A stretch of 24,000 bases of DNA from an uncultured Rikenellaceae bacterium (GTDB taxonomy: Bacteria; Bacteroidota; Bacteroidia; Bacteroidales; Tenuifilaceae). The DNA lies in NCBI GenBank assembly GCA_964509385.1, contig CAZDXY010000015.1:2953-26952 (forward strand), in the 5' to 3' direction. Under the pieces are notes generated by a model. It did no database searches. It was not told the origin of the DNA and saw only the letters and a program-made list of their open reading frames with translations. Both the position numbers and the translations under genes were made by a program. Shown piece after piece: positions 1-7,933 of this stretch; the first letter of the stretch is position 1; each line of letters opens with the position of its first letter.

Positions 1-676
1 GATATTCAGCGCGTATATAAATTAAACCTTTTGTTGCACCAATGCAAAAGCCGTTGATGGTCATCGCCTCAATCACAGAATGAGGATCACCCTCAAGGAT
101 TGATCGATCCATAAATGCACCGGGGTCGCCCTCGTCGGCATTACAAACAACGTACTTCTGATCGGATTGATTTTTATGGGCAAATTCCCACTTTAAACCG
201 GTTGGAAATCCTCCACCACCACGACCACGGAGACCCGATTTCTTCATTTCGGTAATAGCTACCTGAGCACCCATATTGAAAACCAATCCCAAAGCCTGGT
301 AACCATCACGGGCAAAGTAATCCTCAATCTTTTCAGGGTCGATAACGCCACAATTACGGAGCGCTATACGAATCTGCTTCTTATTCAATTTCTCGTGCTG
401 AAGACTTTTTACCTGAACGCCTTTTACTATATGTTCGTTCACGATCTTTGTGGCATCGGAACTCTTCACCTTGGTATATATTGTGTTGTCGGGTAGAACT
501 TTAACAACTGGTCCCTCCTCGCAGAACCCAAAGCACCCTGTCAGGATCACCTGCACATCGTTTTCCAATCCATTGGCAGCAAGTTCGACCTTAAGGCTTT
601 CGGCAATGGAAAGGCTCTTCGAAGATTGGCAGCTGGTTCCCCCGCAAACGAGTATATGCGATTTGTATTTTGCCAT
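1..676 (-). CDS. NuoF-like NADH-binding flavoprotein subunit (HndC/HydB type) with N-terminal thioredoxin-like [2Fe-2S] module; N-terminal ~225 aa only, 3' end runs off the window
   Basis: Absent from the ORF track because there is no stop in the window. My minus-strand translation from ATG 676..674 reads MAKYKSHILVCGGTSCQSSKS...TGCFGFCEEGPVVKV, then ...SGLRGRGGGGFPTGLKWEF...YVVCNADEGDPGAFMDRS...GLIYIRAEY. These are the NuoF/51-kDa FMN/NADH signatures. An in-frame TAG at 691..689 fixes the start. AGGAGG lies 8 nt upstream. Confidence 0.85.
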   Translation of the reverse strand, partial: MAKYKSHILVCGGTSCQSSKSLSIAESLKVELAANGLENDVQVILTGCFGFCEEGPVVKVLPDNTIYTKVKSSDATKIVNEHIVKGVQVKSLQHEKLNKKQIRIALRNCGVIDPEKIEDYFARDGYQALGLVFNMGAQVAITEMKKSGLRGRGGGGFPTGLKWEFAHKNQSDQKYVVCNADEGDPGAFMDRSILEGDPHSVIEAMTINGFCIGATKGLIYIRAEY

Positions 677-684
677 TATATTAT

Positions 685-690
685 CCTCCT
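685..690 (-). promoter_or_regulatory. Shine-Dalgarno-like AGGAGG, 8 nt upstream of the NuoF-like start codon
   Basis: The plus strand reads cctcct at 685..690. On the minus strand this gives AGGAGGATAATATAATG. No other start codon in the window has a comparable 6-mer; the others have A/T-rich leaders. Confidence 0.5.
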
Positions 691-700
691 ATAGCGGTTA

Positions 701-1096
701 TTAATTATCAATGGAATTGTAGTTTTTGGGAATAATTCCATCCACTAATTCTCCATTCTTAATATACTTCTCGATGATCTCATCTGCTTTTTGGTTATCA
801 ACATAGCCAAAAACCACGGGTTCTTGATTGGGTAATTTCACTTCGATAGTGGGTTCAGCATAGCAGTAACCCATACAGCCAGTCTGAGTAACCATTGCAT
901 CTATGCTGCGCTTCTCCAACTCCTCGGATAAGAACTCCATTACGGTTTTAGCTCCCGAAGCGATTCCACAGGTGGCCATTGCTACCTTAATTTGAACCCG
1001 ACTATCAGGATCCTGCCCCTTTTCCCTAAGTTCGAGCTTGGATTGAAGTTGCTCTCTCAATTTTTTTAGATCGGCCAATGATTTTACTTTTGCCAT
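701..1096 (-). CDS. Thioredoxin-fold [2Fe-2S] ferredoxin, HndB-like (hydrogenase/NADH-oxidoreductase accessory subunit)
   Basis: 131-aa ORF. It has cysteine motifs AMATCGIASGA and TGCMGYCYAEP, typical of (2Fe-2S) thioredoxin-like ferredoxins. It lies 24 nt upstream of the NuoF-like gene on the same strand. Confidence 0.75.
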   Translation of the reverse strand: MAKVKSLADLKKLREQLQSKLELREKGQDPDSRVQIKVAMATCGIASGAKTVMEFLSEELEKRSIDAMVTQTGCMGYCYAEPTIEVKLPNQEPVVFGYVDNQKADEIIEKYIKNGELVDGIIPKNYNSIDN

Positions 1097-1157
1097 ATTT
1101 TTTGATGTCTAAAGGGTTTTTGTTATTTTATTAACACTAGAAATATTTTTTTCGCGA

Positions 1158-1165
1158 CAAAGTTA
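1158..1165 (-). promoter_or_regulatory. Candidate Bacteroidota -7 box (TAACTTTG on minus strand) for the hndB-like operon
   Basis: Exact match to TAnnTTTG, 62 nt upstream of the ATG at 1096. No well-spaced -33 TTTG was found, so support is weak. Confidence 0.3.
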
Positions 1166-1331
1166 TTTATTTTGCAAAACATTTTATATAAAAGGATTAT
1201 GTTTAATAACCTAGTTGATTATTTATACCTTTTCTAAAAATTGAATCTCTCATTCAAAAATAAACTAATTACTAACACTATACAAATTAGCATTGATAAA
1301 AAATTTAACTTGGAGCTCAAAATCAAGTGAA

Positions 1332-1359
1332 GATTTAAGTATAAAAAAAAACTTAAATC
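1332..1359. repeat. 9-bp perfect inverted repeat in the hndB/dcp divergent intergenic region
   Basis: gatttaagt (1332..1340) and acttaaatc (1351..1359) flank an A-rich 10-nt spacer, about 100 nt upstream of the dcp start. Confidence 0.3.
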
Positions 1360-1461
1360 ATTATAATTCAATCCCAATTTTTTAAATTGCATGGTTTTTT
1401 AGATCAATTATTGTTTTCAGTAGTATTTCACATTTAAACTTTACCTAATACACTAAATAAT

Positions 1462-3567
1462 ATGAAAAAAGTAGTCATGGTATCCATTACATTCGGATTA
1501 TTACTGGGCATGGTATCCTGCCAGAAAGAGTCAAACCCCTTGCTAGCACCTTACAACACTCCTTTCAACATACCCCCTTTCGAAAAAATAAAGGTTGAGC
1601 ATTTCGAACCTGCATTCGTTGAGGGCATGAAACAGCATAAACTTGAGATTGAGGCCATTTTAATGGATAAAAATGAGCCAACGTTTGAGAATACTATACT
1701 TGCTCTTGAGTATAGTGGAAGGCTTCTTTCTAATGTAGCAAACATTTTTTACCCACTAAGTTCAGCTAAAACTAGCCCTGAATTTCAAACTATTGCACAA
1801 TTGATCGCTCCCATGTTAAGCGGTCATATGGATGATATAAATCTTAATCCTGAACTCTTCAAACGTATCAAGGCCGTTTACGATAATAAGGATGAACTTA
1901 ATTTGAATCCCGAGCAACAAAAGTTACTTGAAAAGATTTATGATGGGTTTGTTCGTGGAGGGGCAAATCTTTCAGAAGAAAATCAAGTTCGTTTTCGTGA
2001 GATCAACGAAAAATTATCGCCCCTTACCCTTCGTTTCGGAGACAATGTGCTTGCCGAAACCAATAGTTTCCAACTGGTAATTGATGATCCCGATGATTTA
2101 GTTGGTTTACCTGAATCCGTTATTGCAGCTGCTGCTGACAAAGCAAACAGCCCAGGACTAGAGGGAAAATGGGTATTTACTCTTCATAACCCCAGTTGGA
2201 TTCCTTTCTTGCAGTACGCCGAAAATAGAGAATTACGCGAAAAACTTTATCGTGGATATTTTATGCGAGGGAACAATAACAACGAATATGACAATAAAAA
2301 TATCATAAAAGAAATTGTTCCTCTGCGTATCGAACGTGCTCAGTTATTGGGTTACCAAAGTCATGCACATTTTGTGCTGGAGAACAATATGACTAAGAAT
2401 CCTGAAACGGTTGAAAATTTCTTATTAGAACTATGGAAACCATCCCTCAATCGTGCAAAAGTTGAAGCCTATGATATGCAAAGGATGATTGATAAGGAAA
2501 GTGAAAAATTTAAATTGGCATCATGGGATTGGTGGTACTACACAGAAAAAATTCGTAAGGAAAAATTCGACCTGGATGAAGAAATGCTAAAACCCTACTT
2601 TGAACTTGAAAACGTAAAAAAAGGTATCTTTCTTTTAACTGAAAAACTTTACGGTTTAAAATACGAGAAATTGACCAATGTTCCGGTTTATCATCCTGAG
2701 GCTGAGGTTTATGAGGTTAAAGATGTTAACGATAACCACATTGGAATACTTTTCATGGACTTCCATCCCCGTGACAGCAAAAGAGGCGGTGCATGGATGA
2801 CCAGCTTTAGAGATCAGTACATAACAAGAGAAGGAGAATTTATCTCCCCCATCATTACCATAGTTTGTAACTTCACTCGCCCTACGGGCGATACACCTGC
2901 CCTGCTCTCGCTTGATGAAGTGAGCACCTTCTTTCACGAATTTGGACATGCTCTTCACGGATTGCTATCAAAAGTTATGTATCCCCGGCTTGCAGGAACC
3001 AACGTTCCCAGGGATTTTGTTGAGCTACCATCTCAAATAATGGAAAACTGGTGTACCGATCCAGAGTTTCTAAAGATGTATGCTTTTCATTACCAAACAG
3101 GTGAAACCATACCCGATGAATTAATAAAAAAGATGGAAGCCAGCGGAACCTTTAACCAGGGTTTTATTACCACTGAATACCTAGCTGCAGCAATACTTGA
3201 CATGAAGTATCATTCATTAAAATCGATTGAATACCTTGACGTTTTAGATTTTGAGAAAAAATCGATGCAAAAAATCGGTCTTATCGACGAAATAATCCCC
3301 AGGTATCGCAGCACTTATTTTCAGCATATTTTCAGCGGAGGATACTCTAGCGGTTACTACAGCTATATATGGTCGGGTGTTCTTGACGCTGACGCATATG
3401 AAGCTTTTATAGAAACAGGGAATATCTTTGATCCAGAAACCGCTAAACGATTCCGCGAGTTTGTTCTTGAGAAGGGTGGCACTGAAGATGCTGAGGTTCT
3501 TTACAGAAAATTCCGTGGTGCTGATCCTAAACCAGAAGCACTTTTAAAAAGAAGAGGATTGATTTAA
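1462..3567 (+). CDS. dcp: M3-family zinc metallopeptidase, peptidyl-dipeptidase Dcp-like, predicted lipoprotein
   Basis: 701 aa. The HEFGH zinc motif is at nt 2935..2949 (STFFHEFGHALHGLL). Length and the C-terminal YSSGYYSYIWSGVLDADAY region are typical of Dcp/oligopeptidase A. The N-terminus has a lipobox-like LLGMVSC. Confidence 0.85.
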   Translation: MKKVVMVSITFGLLLGMVSCQKESNPLLAPYNTPFNIPPFEKIKVEHFEPAFVEGMKQHKLEIEAILMDKNEPTFENTILALEYSGRLLSNVANIFYPLSSAKTSPEFQTIAQLIAPMLSGHMDDINLNPELFKRIKAVYDNKDELNLNPEQQKLLEKIYDGFVRGGANLSEENQVRFREINEKLSPLTLRFGDNVLAETNSFQLVIDDPDDLVGLPESVIAAAADKANSPGLEGKWVFTLHNPSWIPFLQYAENRELREKLYRGYFMRGNNNNEYDNKNIIKEIVPLRIERAQLLGYQSHAHFVLENNMTKNPETVENFLLELWKPSLNRAKVEAYDMQRMIDKESEKFKLASWDWWYYTEKIRKEKFDLDEEMLKPYFELENVKKGIFLLTEKLYGLKYEKLTNVPVYHPEAEVYEVKDVNDNHIGILFMDFHPRDSKRGGAWMTSFRDQYITREGEFISPIITIVCNFTRPTGDTPALLSLDEVSTFFHEFGHALHGLLSKVMYPRLAGTNVPRDFVELPSQIMENWCTDPEFLKMYAFHYQTGETIPDELIKKMEASGTFNQGFITTEYLAAAILDMKYHSLKSIEYLDVLDFEKKSMQKIGLIDEIIPRYRSTYFQHIFSGGYSSGYYSYIWSGVLDADAYEAFIETGNIFDPETAKRFREFVLEKGGTEDAEVLYRKFRGADPKPEALLKRRGLI

Positions 3568-3586
3568 TTTTCTTTATTTAATTGGT

Positions 3587-3658
3587 GAACAAGGATTAAC
3601 GATTGAAGATTTAAGAAGTGTATTTTAATCTTAGATCAAAAATCATTAATCCTTGTTC
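3587..3658. terminator. Long-loop inverted repeat between convergent dcp and DUF418 genes (possible bidirectional terminator)
   Basis: Perfect 13-bp arms: gaacaaggattaa (3587..3599) and ttaatccttgttc (3646..3658), separated by 46 nt. Located between stop codons at 3567 (+) and 3665 (-). Confidence 0.4.
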
Positions 3659-3664
3659 GTTATT

Positions 3665-4903
3665 TTATTTTTTGAATGGCTGAATCTTTAAGTATGTAAG
3701 ACTCCTCCACACCCACTCGAAAGGACCAAAATGGAATCGTTTCAACCACCAAGCACTAAAAGGGATCTGCAGTCCGTAAATAATGATTGTCAGAATAATC
3801 CCCTGCCATATTTCAATCTTTCCGAATTGGCCTAATCCGTATGAAAGAAAAACAAATGTGCAGATTATTGAGTGCATCAGGTAGTTGGTGAGAGCCATTC
3901 GCCCTACAGGAGAAAGCCATTTTGTTAAAGTTCCAAGTTTTCCCTTTGATACTAATAGCACCACCACCGAAACGTAAAGAAGGCAGAAAGAAAAACCTCC
4001 CAACGAGTGTCCTAATGTGGAGAGGAACGACCAGACATCAGGATTCATTACCTGTGCATGTTGGAATGAGTATGTATAAGCAGTATTAGCTATCAACCCA
4101 ATGCCTAATCCCCACCAAAAAGCTTTACGGAAGAAGAGTAAATTCTCCATATAATTAGCAATCATTTTTTTTCGTGCAGCCCATGCTCCAAGCAGAAACA
4201 TGGCCATTACCATGGGGTAGAAGAACAGAACACCGGGTAAAATCGCCTTATACTCTTCAATTCTAATTGCGATTATTTCGTTGAATGAACCTTGAGAATA
4301 TGCAAGTGATGCACGGTCCACCAAATCGCTAATTGCATCAATACTTTGCTGAATTCCTACTTCCATGCCTTCCCTCGCCTGCGGAATTTGTGAAAAAAGG
4401 ACGAAAATGAGAACCATAAACCCCGTGAAAACCGAGGGGATTACACCTAGTCCAATGGCCCACCCAACCAGTCTTTTGTTTGATACCTTTCGGAAAAGAA
4501 CCAGCAGCAACCCTAAAAGACCATAGAAAACAAGGATATCGCCTGGCCATAATAGTACAACGTGCACAACGCCAAATAGGAACAGAAGGAATGCCCTTCT
4601 GGCAAAAACAGGGAGGATGTTCGATCCTTCACTAGTAGTTTTGTTGATGAAAATCCAGAAACCATATCCAAAAAGCATGGAAAACATAACGTAGAACTTT
4701 CCCTCGAAGAAGAACTTGATAAACGACTCCGACAAGATATGGACAAACGAAGCATCGGGTTTTGCTCCTTGCATCATCACGCTAAACGGTTGAAAGAATA
4801 ATGGCATATTCACCATTAGTATACCAAAAATGGCTAAACCTCGCAGAGTGTCAAGTAATGTTATTCTTTCAGTCTGATCAATGGGTGAAAAGGTATTTTT
4901 CAT
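3665..4903 (-). CDS. DUF418 / YeiB-like polytopic membrane protein
   Basis: 412 aa and multi-TM. N-terminal LDTLRGLAIFGILMVNMP and C-terminal GRMALTNYLMHS...RFHFGPFEWVWRSLTY are the characteristic YeiB/DUF418 motifs. Confidence 0.85.
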   Translation of the reverse strand: MKNTFSPIDQTERITLLDTLRGLAIFGILMVNMPLFFQPFSVMMQGAKPDASFVHILSESFIKFFFEGKFYVMFSMLFGYGFWIFINKTTSEGSNILPVFARRAFLLFLFGVVHVVLLWPGDILVFYGLLGLLLVLFRKVSNKRLVGWAIGLGVIPSVFTGFMVLIFVLFSQIPQAREGMEVGIQQSIDAISDLVDRASLAYSQGSFNEIIAIRIEEYKAILPGVLFFYPMVMAMFLLGAWAARKKMIANYMENLLFFRKAFWWGLGIGLIANTAYTYSFQHAQVMNPDVWSFLSTLGHSLGGFSFCLLYVSVVVLLVSKGKLGTLTKWLSPVGRMALTNYLMHSIICTFVFLSYGLGQFGKIEIWQGIILTIIIYGLQIPFSAWWLKRFHFGPFEWVWRSLTYLKIQPFKK

Positions 4904-4942
4904 GATAATTTTTTTAATAATTTAGGGTTGAATATTCACTTT

Positions 4943-4950
4943 TATTTTTG
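4943..4950 (+). promoter_or_regulatory. Candidate -7 box TATTTTTG far upstream of the TonB-dependent receptor operon
   Basis: Exact TAnnTTTG match. TTTA (not TTTG) lies 18 nt upstream. It would imply a leader of roughly 260 nt before ATG 5222. Speculative. Confidence 0.2.
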
Positions 4951-5221
4951 AAAAAAATTATTTGCATTTTTTTTAAATTTTCTAAATAAAAACTCGCCTT
5001 AAATTTTTACTATCCTCTCTTCATCAACATATTTAACAAAAAATAGATTCAAACGATTGTAAAAATAAACTAACTATTACCTTCGTAAAAAGAAAAAATT
5101 ACTAAACTTCTATTAAACTGAACCTACTTTTAGCATTCTAAATGATAGTGCTGTAAAATAATCCTATTCTCATAAGGTTTACCCAGTTAACAAAATGCTA
5201 ATTTATAGATAAATAAATAAT

Positions 5222-7921
5222 ATGTCATTTTTTTTTAGTCTAAGAAAGACTTTTACCGTTTTTTTATTCTTATTCTCTCAAATTTCTATTTCGCAATTTG
5301 CTTTTTCTCAGGATAGTAATAAACCTATACTGCAATTGCTTTTGGAATTACAACAAATGCACTCGCAGAAAATTTTATACAATTCAATTTGGTTTGAAGG
5401 AGACTCTGCCAGCGAAAGAATACTATCTCTTCCTCTTAATGAAGCGCTAAACGTCATGCTTTCTGATCAGAATATGGATGTTATTTCATTTCAACGGAAT
5501 TTAATTATTGTACCCAAAGAGTCTGCTCCATTATCACTTAACGAAATGCAGGATACTCGACATGTAATTGGGAACACAATAAAATACGGAAAGTATTCAA
5601 GAGCATCTGTCAACGGAAAAGTTGTTGATGGAGAAACCGGAGAACCACTAATAGGAGCAATCATTTACATTGAAAGTTTGGCACAAGGTACAAGCACAGA
5701 TATGAATGGAAATTACTCCATTGAACTTCCTGTAGGAGAACATCTCTTGAAGTTGTCGTACATAGGATATGGCGAATCTTTTCACCCAATACGACTACTT
5801 AGTCCTGGGGAATTAAATCTTGAAATTTTTGAGAAAAGTCATGCACTTGAAAGCGTAAGTATCTATGCAAAAAGGGAAGATTTAAATATATCCCAAACTC
5901 AAATGAGCATTGTTCGTATCGATGCAAAGTCTATTCGTTTACTTCCCACATCTCTTGGCGAAACAGATGTAATAAAAAGTATAGCGCTTATGCCTGGTGT
6001 TCAGTCGGTTGGAGAATTTGGCTCTGGCTTTAATGTTAGGGGTGGTAGTGCTGATCAAAACTTAATTCTTATTGAAGGAGTTCCCCTATTTAACTCATCC
6101 CATCTTTTTGGTTTAACGTCTCTTGTTAATCCAGACATGGTTAGCAGTATTACTCTAATAAAAGCAGGTATACCTGCAAAATTTGGAGAACGAGCCTCTT
6201 CTGTGATGGATATTCGCATTGGCGGTGGTAATGAAGGAAAATTTCGGGTTAATGGAGGTGTTGGTTTGTTAAACAGCAGGTTGAGCATTGAAACCCCTTT
6301 TCCTAGGAAAAAAGGTTATTTTTTAATTGGTGGCAGGTCGACTTACTCAAACTGGTTGCTCAATAAACTTCCCAACGAAGATCTGATGAATAGTTCAGCA
6401 CTTTTCTATGATATCAATGGGTTAATAACCTTTCCATTAAATTCTAACCATAGTATAACCATATTTGGCTACACCAGCTACGACTCTTTTTCGTTAAGTG
6501 ATAACATTGACTATAATTATTCAAGTAACCTGGCCTCTTTTAGATTGGCAGGGCACCTAACAAGCAAACTTCTATCCAACCTCACTTTAGGGTATAGTTC
6601 CTATAATTATGGAATGGATAACAACAACACAATTAATCCAATAAATGCAAATCGTTTCCAATCAGGAATATCGCATAACAGCCTTAAATGGAATCTGAAT
6701 TACTACAGGACCCCAGGTCATGCAATGGAATTTGGTATAAACACGATTTTATACGGAATAGAACCCGGTAAAATCATGCCTATTGGCATTCAGTCAACTG
6801 TAAATCAACACTCACTCGAAAAAGAGCAAGCCCTTGAACTTTCTCTATATTTTGGCAATACCATTGAAATTACCGAAGAGTTTAGTGCTGATATGGGCTT
6901 ACGACTATCGCAGTTCCTTAAATTAGGACCAGGAACCTCCCGCATATATAGTAACGATTTTCCTATGTCAGTTGTAAGCATAATTAATAGTCAGAACTAT
7001 GAGAAAAATGAAATTATGGCTTATCACATTGGCCTTGAGCCACGAATGGGACTAAGGTATCAGTTAAACCCAACCAGTTCATTTAAGTTAAGCTATAATA
7101 GGGGAACCCAATTTGTAAATCTTGTTTCGACAACTGCCATTTCTACTCCATCTGATGTTTGGTACTTAAGTAACGAACACTACGCTCCCACTTTAGTTGA
7201 TCAATTAGCATTGGGATTTTTCAAAAACTTTAGTAATAATGCTATCGAATCATCCATTGAATTATACTATAAAAATCTTCAGAACGTACTGGAAACCAAA
7301 AACAACGCTCAAATATTGATGAACACAATGCTTGAAGCTGATCTCATTGCTTGCAATGGTTATAGCTATGGCTTAGAATTATACTTTAAAAAGATTTCGG
7401 GAAATTTAACGGGTTGGATTAGTTATACTTTTTCCCAGTCCATGAGAAAAACTTCAGCCATTCATTCCGAAGAACAGATTAATGCCAATGAATATTTCCC
7501 ATCCAATTTCGATAGCCCTCACAATCTTGTGTTAAATAGTAACCTCAACCTTAGCCGACGTTGGAGAGTAGGCGCCTCATTTACTTACAATACAGGTAGA
7601 CCGATTACTTTACCAGAACTCTCCTATGGTATAAATGGTCACCAATTAATACACTATTCTGATCGGAATAAGTATCGGCTACCTGACTATCACAGGTTAG
7701 ATTTATCGTTAAGTTATGACGGATCACTAAGGCTCACAAAGAAATGGAAAAGCTTTTGGACTATTTCCGTAATTAACGTATACTCCCGCAAGAATATACA
7801 TTCCATATACTACGAAAAGACAACACCTTCTCCCATGAATAATTATCAAAAATACAGCCTTTATAAGCTAACAATAATTGGAAGGCCTTTACCAACACTT
7901 ACATACAACTTTACATTCTAA
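5222..7921 (+). CDS. TonB-dependent outer-membrane receptor with N-terminal STN-like extension and CarboxypepD_reg-like domain
   Basis: 899 aa with a signal peptide. An STN-like stretch spans roughly nt 5324..5516. The CarboxypepD_reg motif is VNGKVVDGETGEPLIGAIIYIE...TDMNGNYSIELPVGEHLLKLSYIGYG. Plug motifs are GETDVIKSIALMPGVQS, FNVRGGSADQNLILIEGVPLFNSSHLFG. The C-terminus is aromatic (TYNFTF). Confidence 0.88.
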   Translation: MSFFFSLRKTFTVFLFLFSQISISQFAFSQDSNKPILQLLLELQQMHSQKILYNSIWFEGDSASERILSLPLNEALNVMLSDQNMDVISFQRNLIIVPKESAPLSLNEMQDTRHVIGNTIKYGKYSRASVNGKVVDGETGEPLIGAIIYIESLAQGTSTDMNGNYSIELPVGEHLLKLSYIGYGESFHPIRLLSPGELNLEIFEKSHALESVSIYAKREDLNISQTQMSIVRIDAKSIRLLPTSLGETDVIKSIALMPGVQSVGEFGSGFNVRGGSADQNLILIEGVPLFNSSHLFGLTSLVNPDMVSSITLIKAGIPAKFGERASSVMDIRIGGGNEGKFRVNGGVGLLNSRLSIETPFPRKKGYFLIGGRSTYSNWLLNKLPNEDLMNSSALFYDINGLITFPLNSNHSITIFGYTSYDSFSLSDNIDYNYSSNLASFRLAGHLTSKLLSNLTLGYSSYNYGMDNNNTINPINANRFQSGISHNSLKWNLNYYRTPGHAMEFGINTILYGIEPGKIMPIGIQSTVNQHSLEKEQALELSLYFGNTIEITEEFSADMGLRLSQFLKLGPGTSRIYSNDFPMSVVSIINSQNYEKNEIMAYHIGLEPRMGLRYQLNPTSSFKLSYNRGTQFVNLVSTTAISTPSDVWYLSNEHYAPTLVDQLALGFFKNFSNNAIESSIELYYKNLQNVLETKNNAQILMNTMLEADLIACNGYSYGLELYFKKISGNLTGWISYTFSQSMRKTSAIHSEEQINANEYFPSNFDSPHNLVLNSNLNLSRRWRVGASFTYNTGRPITLPELSYGINGHQLIHYSDRNKYRLPDYHRLDLSLSYDGSLRLTKKWKSFWTISVINVYSRKNIHSIYYEKTTPSPMNNYQKYSLYKLTIIGRPLPTLTYNFTF

Positions 7922-7933
7922 TATTTAAAAAAA

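Noticed and set aside
450-704. 84-aa plus-strand ORF from the ORF track
   Set aside because: It lies entirely antisense to the NuoF-like coding sequence, whose translation carries unmistakable conserved motifs. The ORF itself has low-complexity, non-protein-like composition. It is a shadow ORF.
5067-5120. Three copies of TAAACT within about 50 nt upstream of the receptor gene
   Set aside because: A hexamer recurring in an AT-rich spacer with irregular spacing is within chance expectation.
4904-5221. Cobalamin or other riboswitch upstream of the TonB-dependent receptor (and near meaB at 19415..19539)
   Set aside because: Neither spacer contains anything like the GC-rich conserved B12-box core or other riboswitch cores I can recognise. 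Both are simple AT-rich sequence. Only an Rfam scan could settle this formally.
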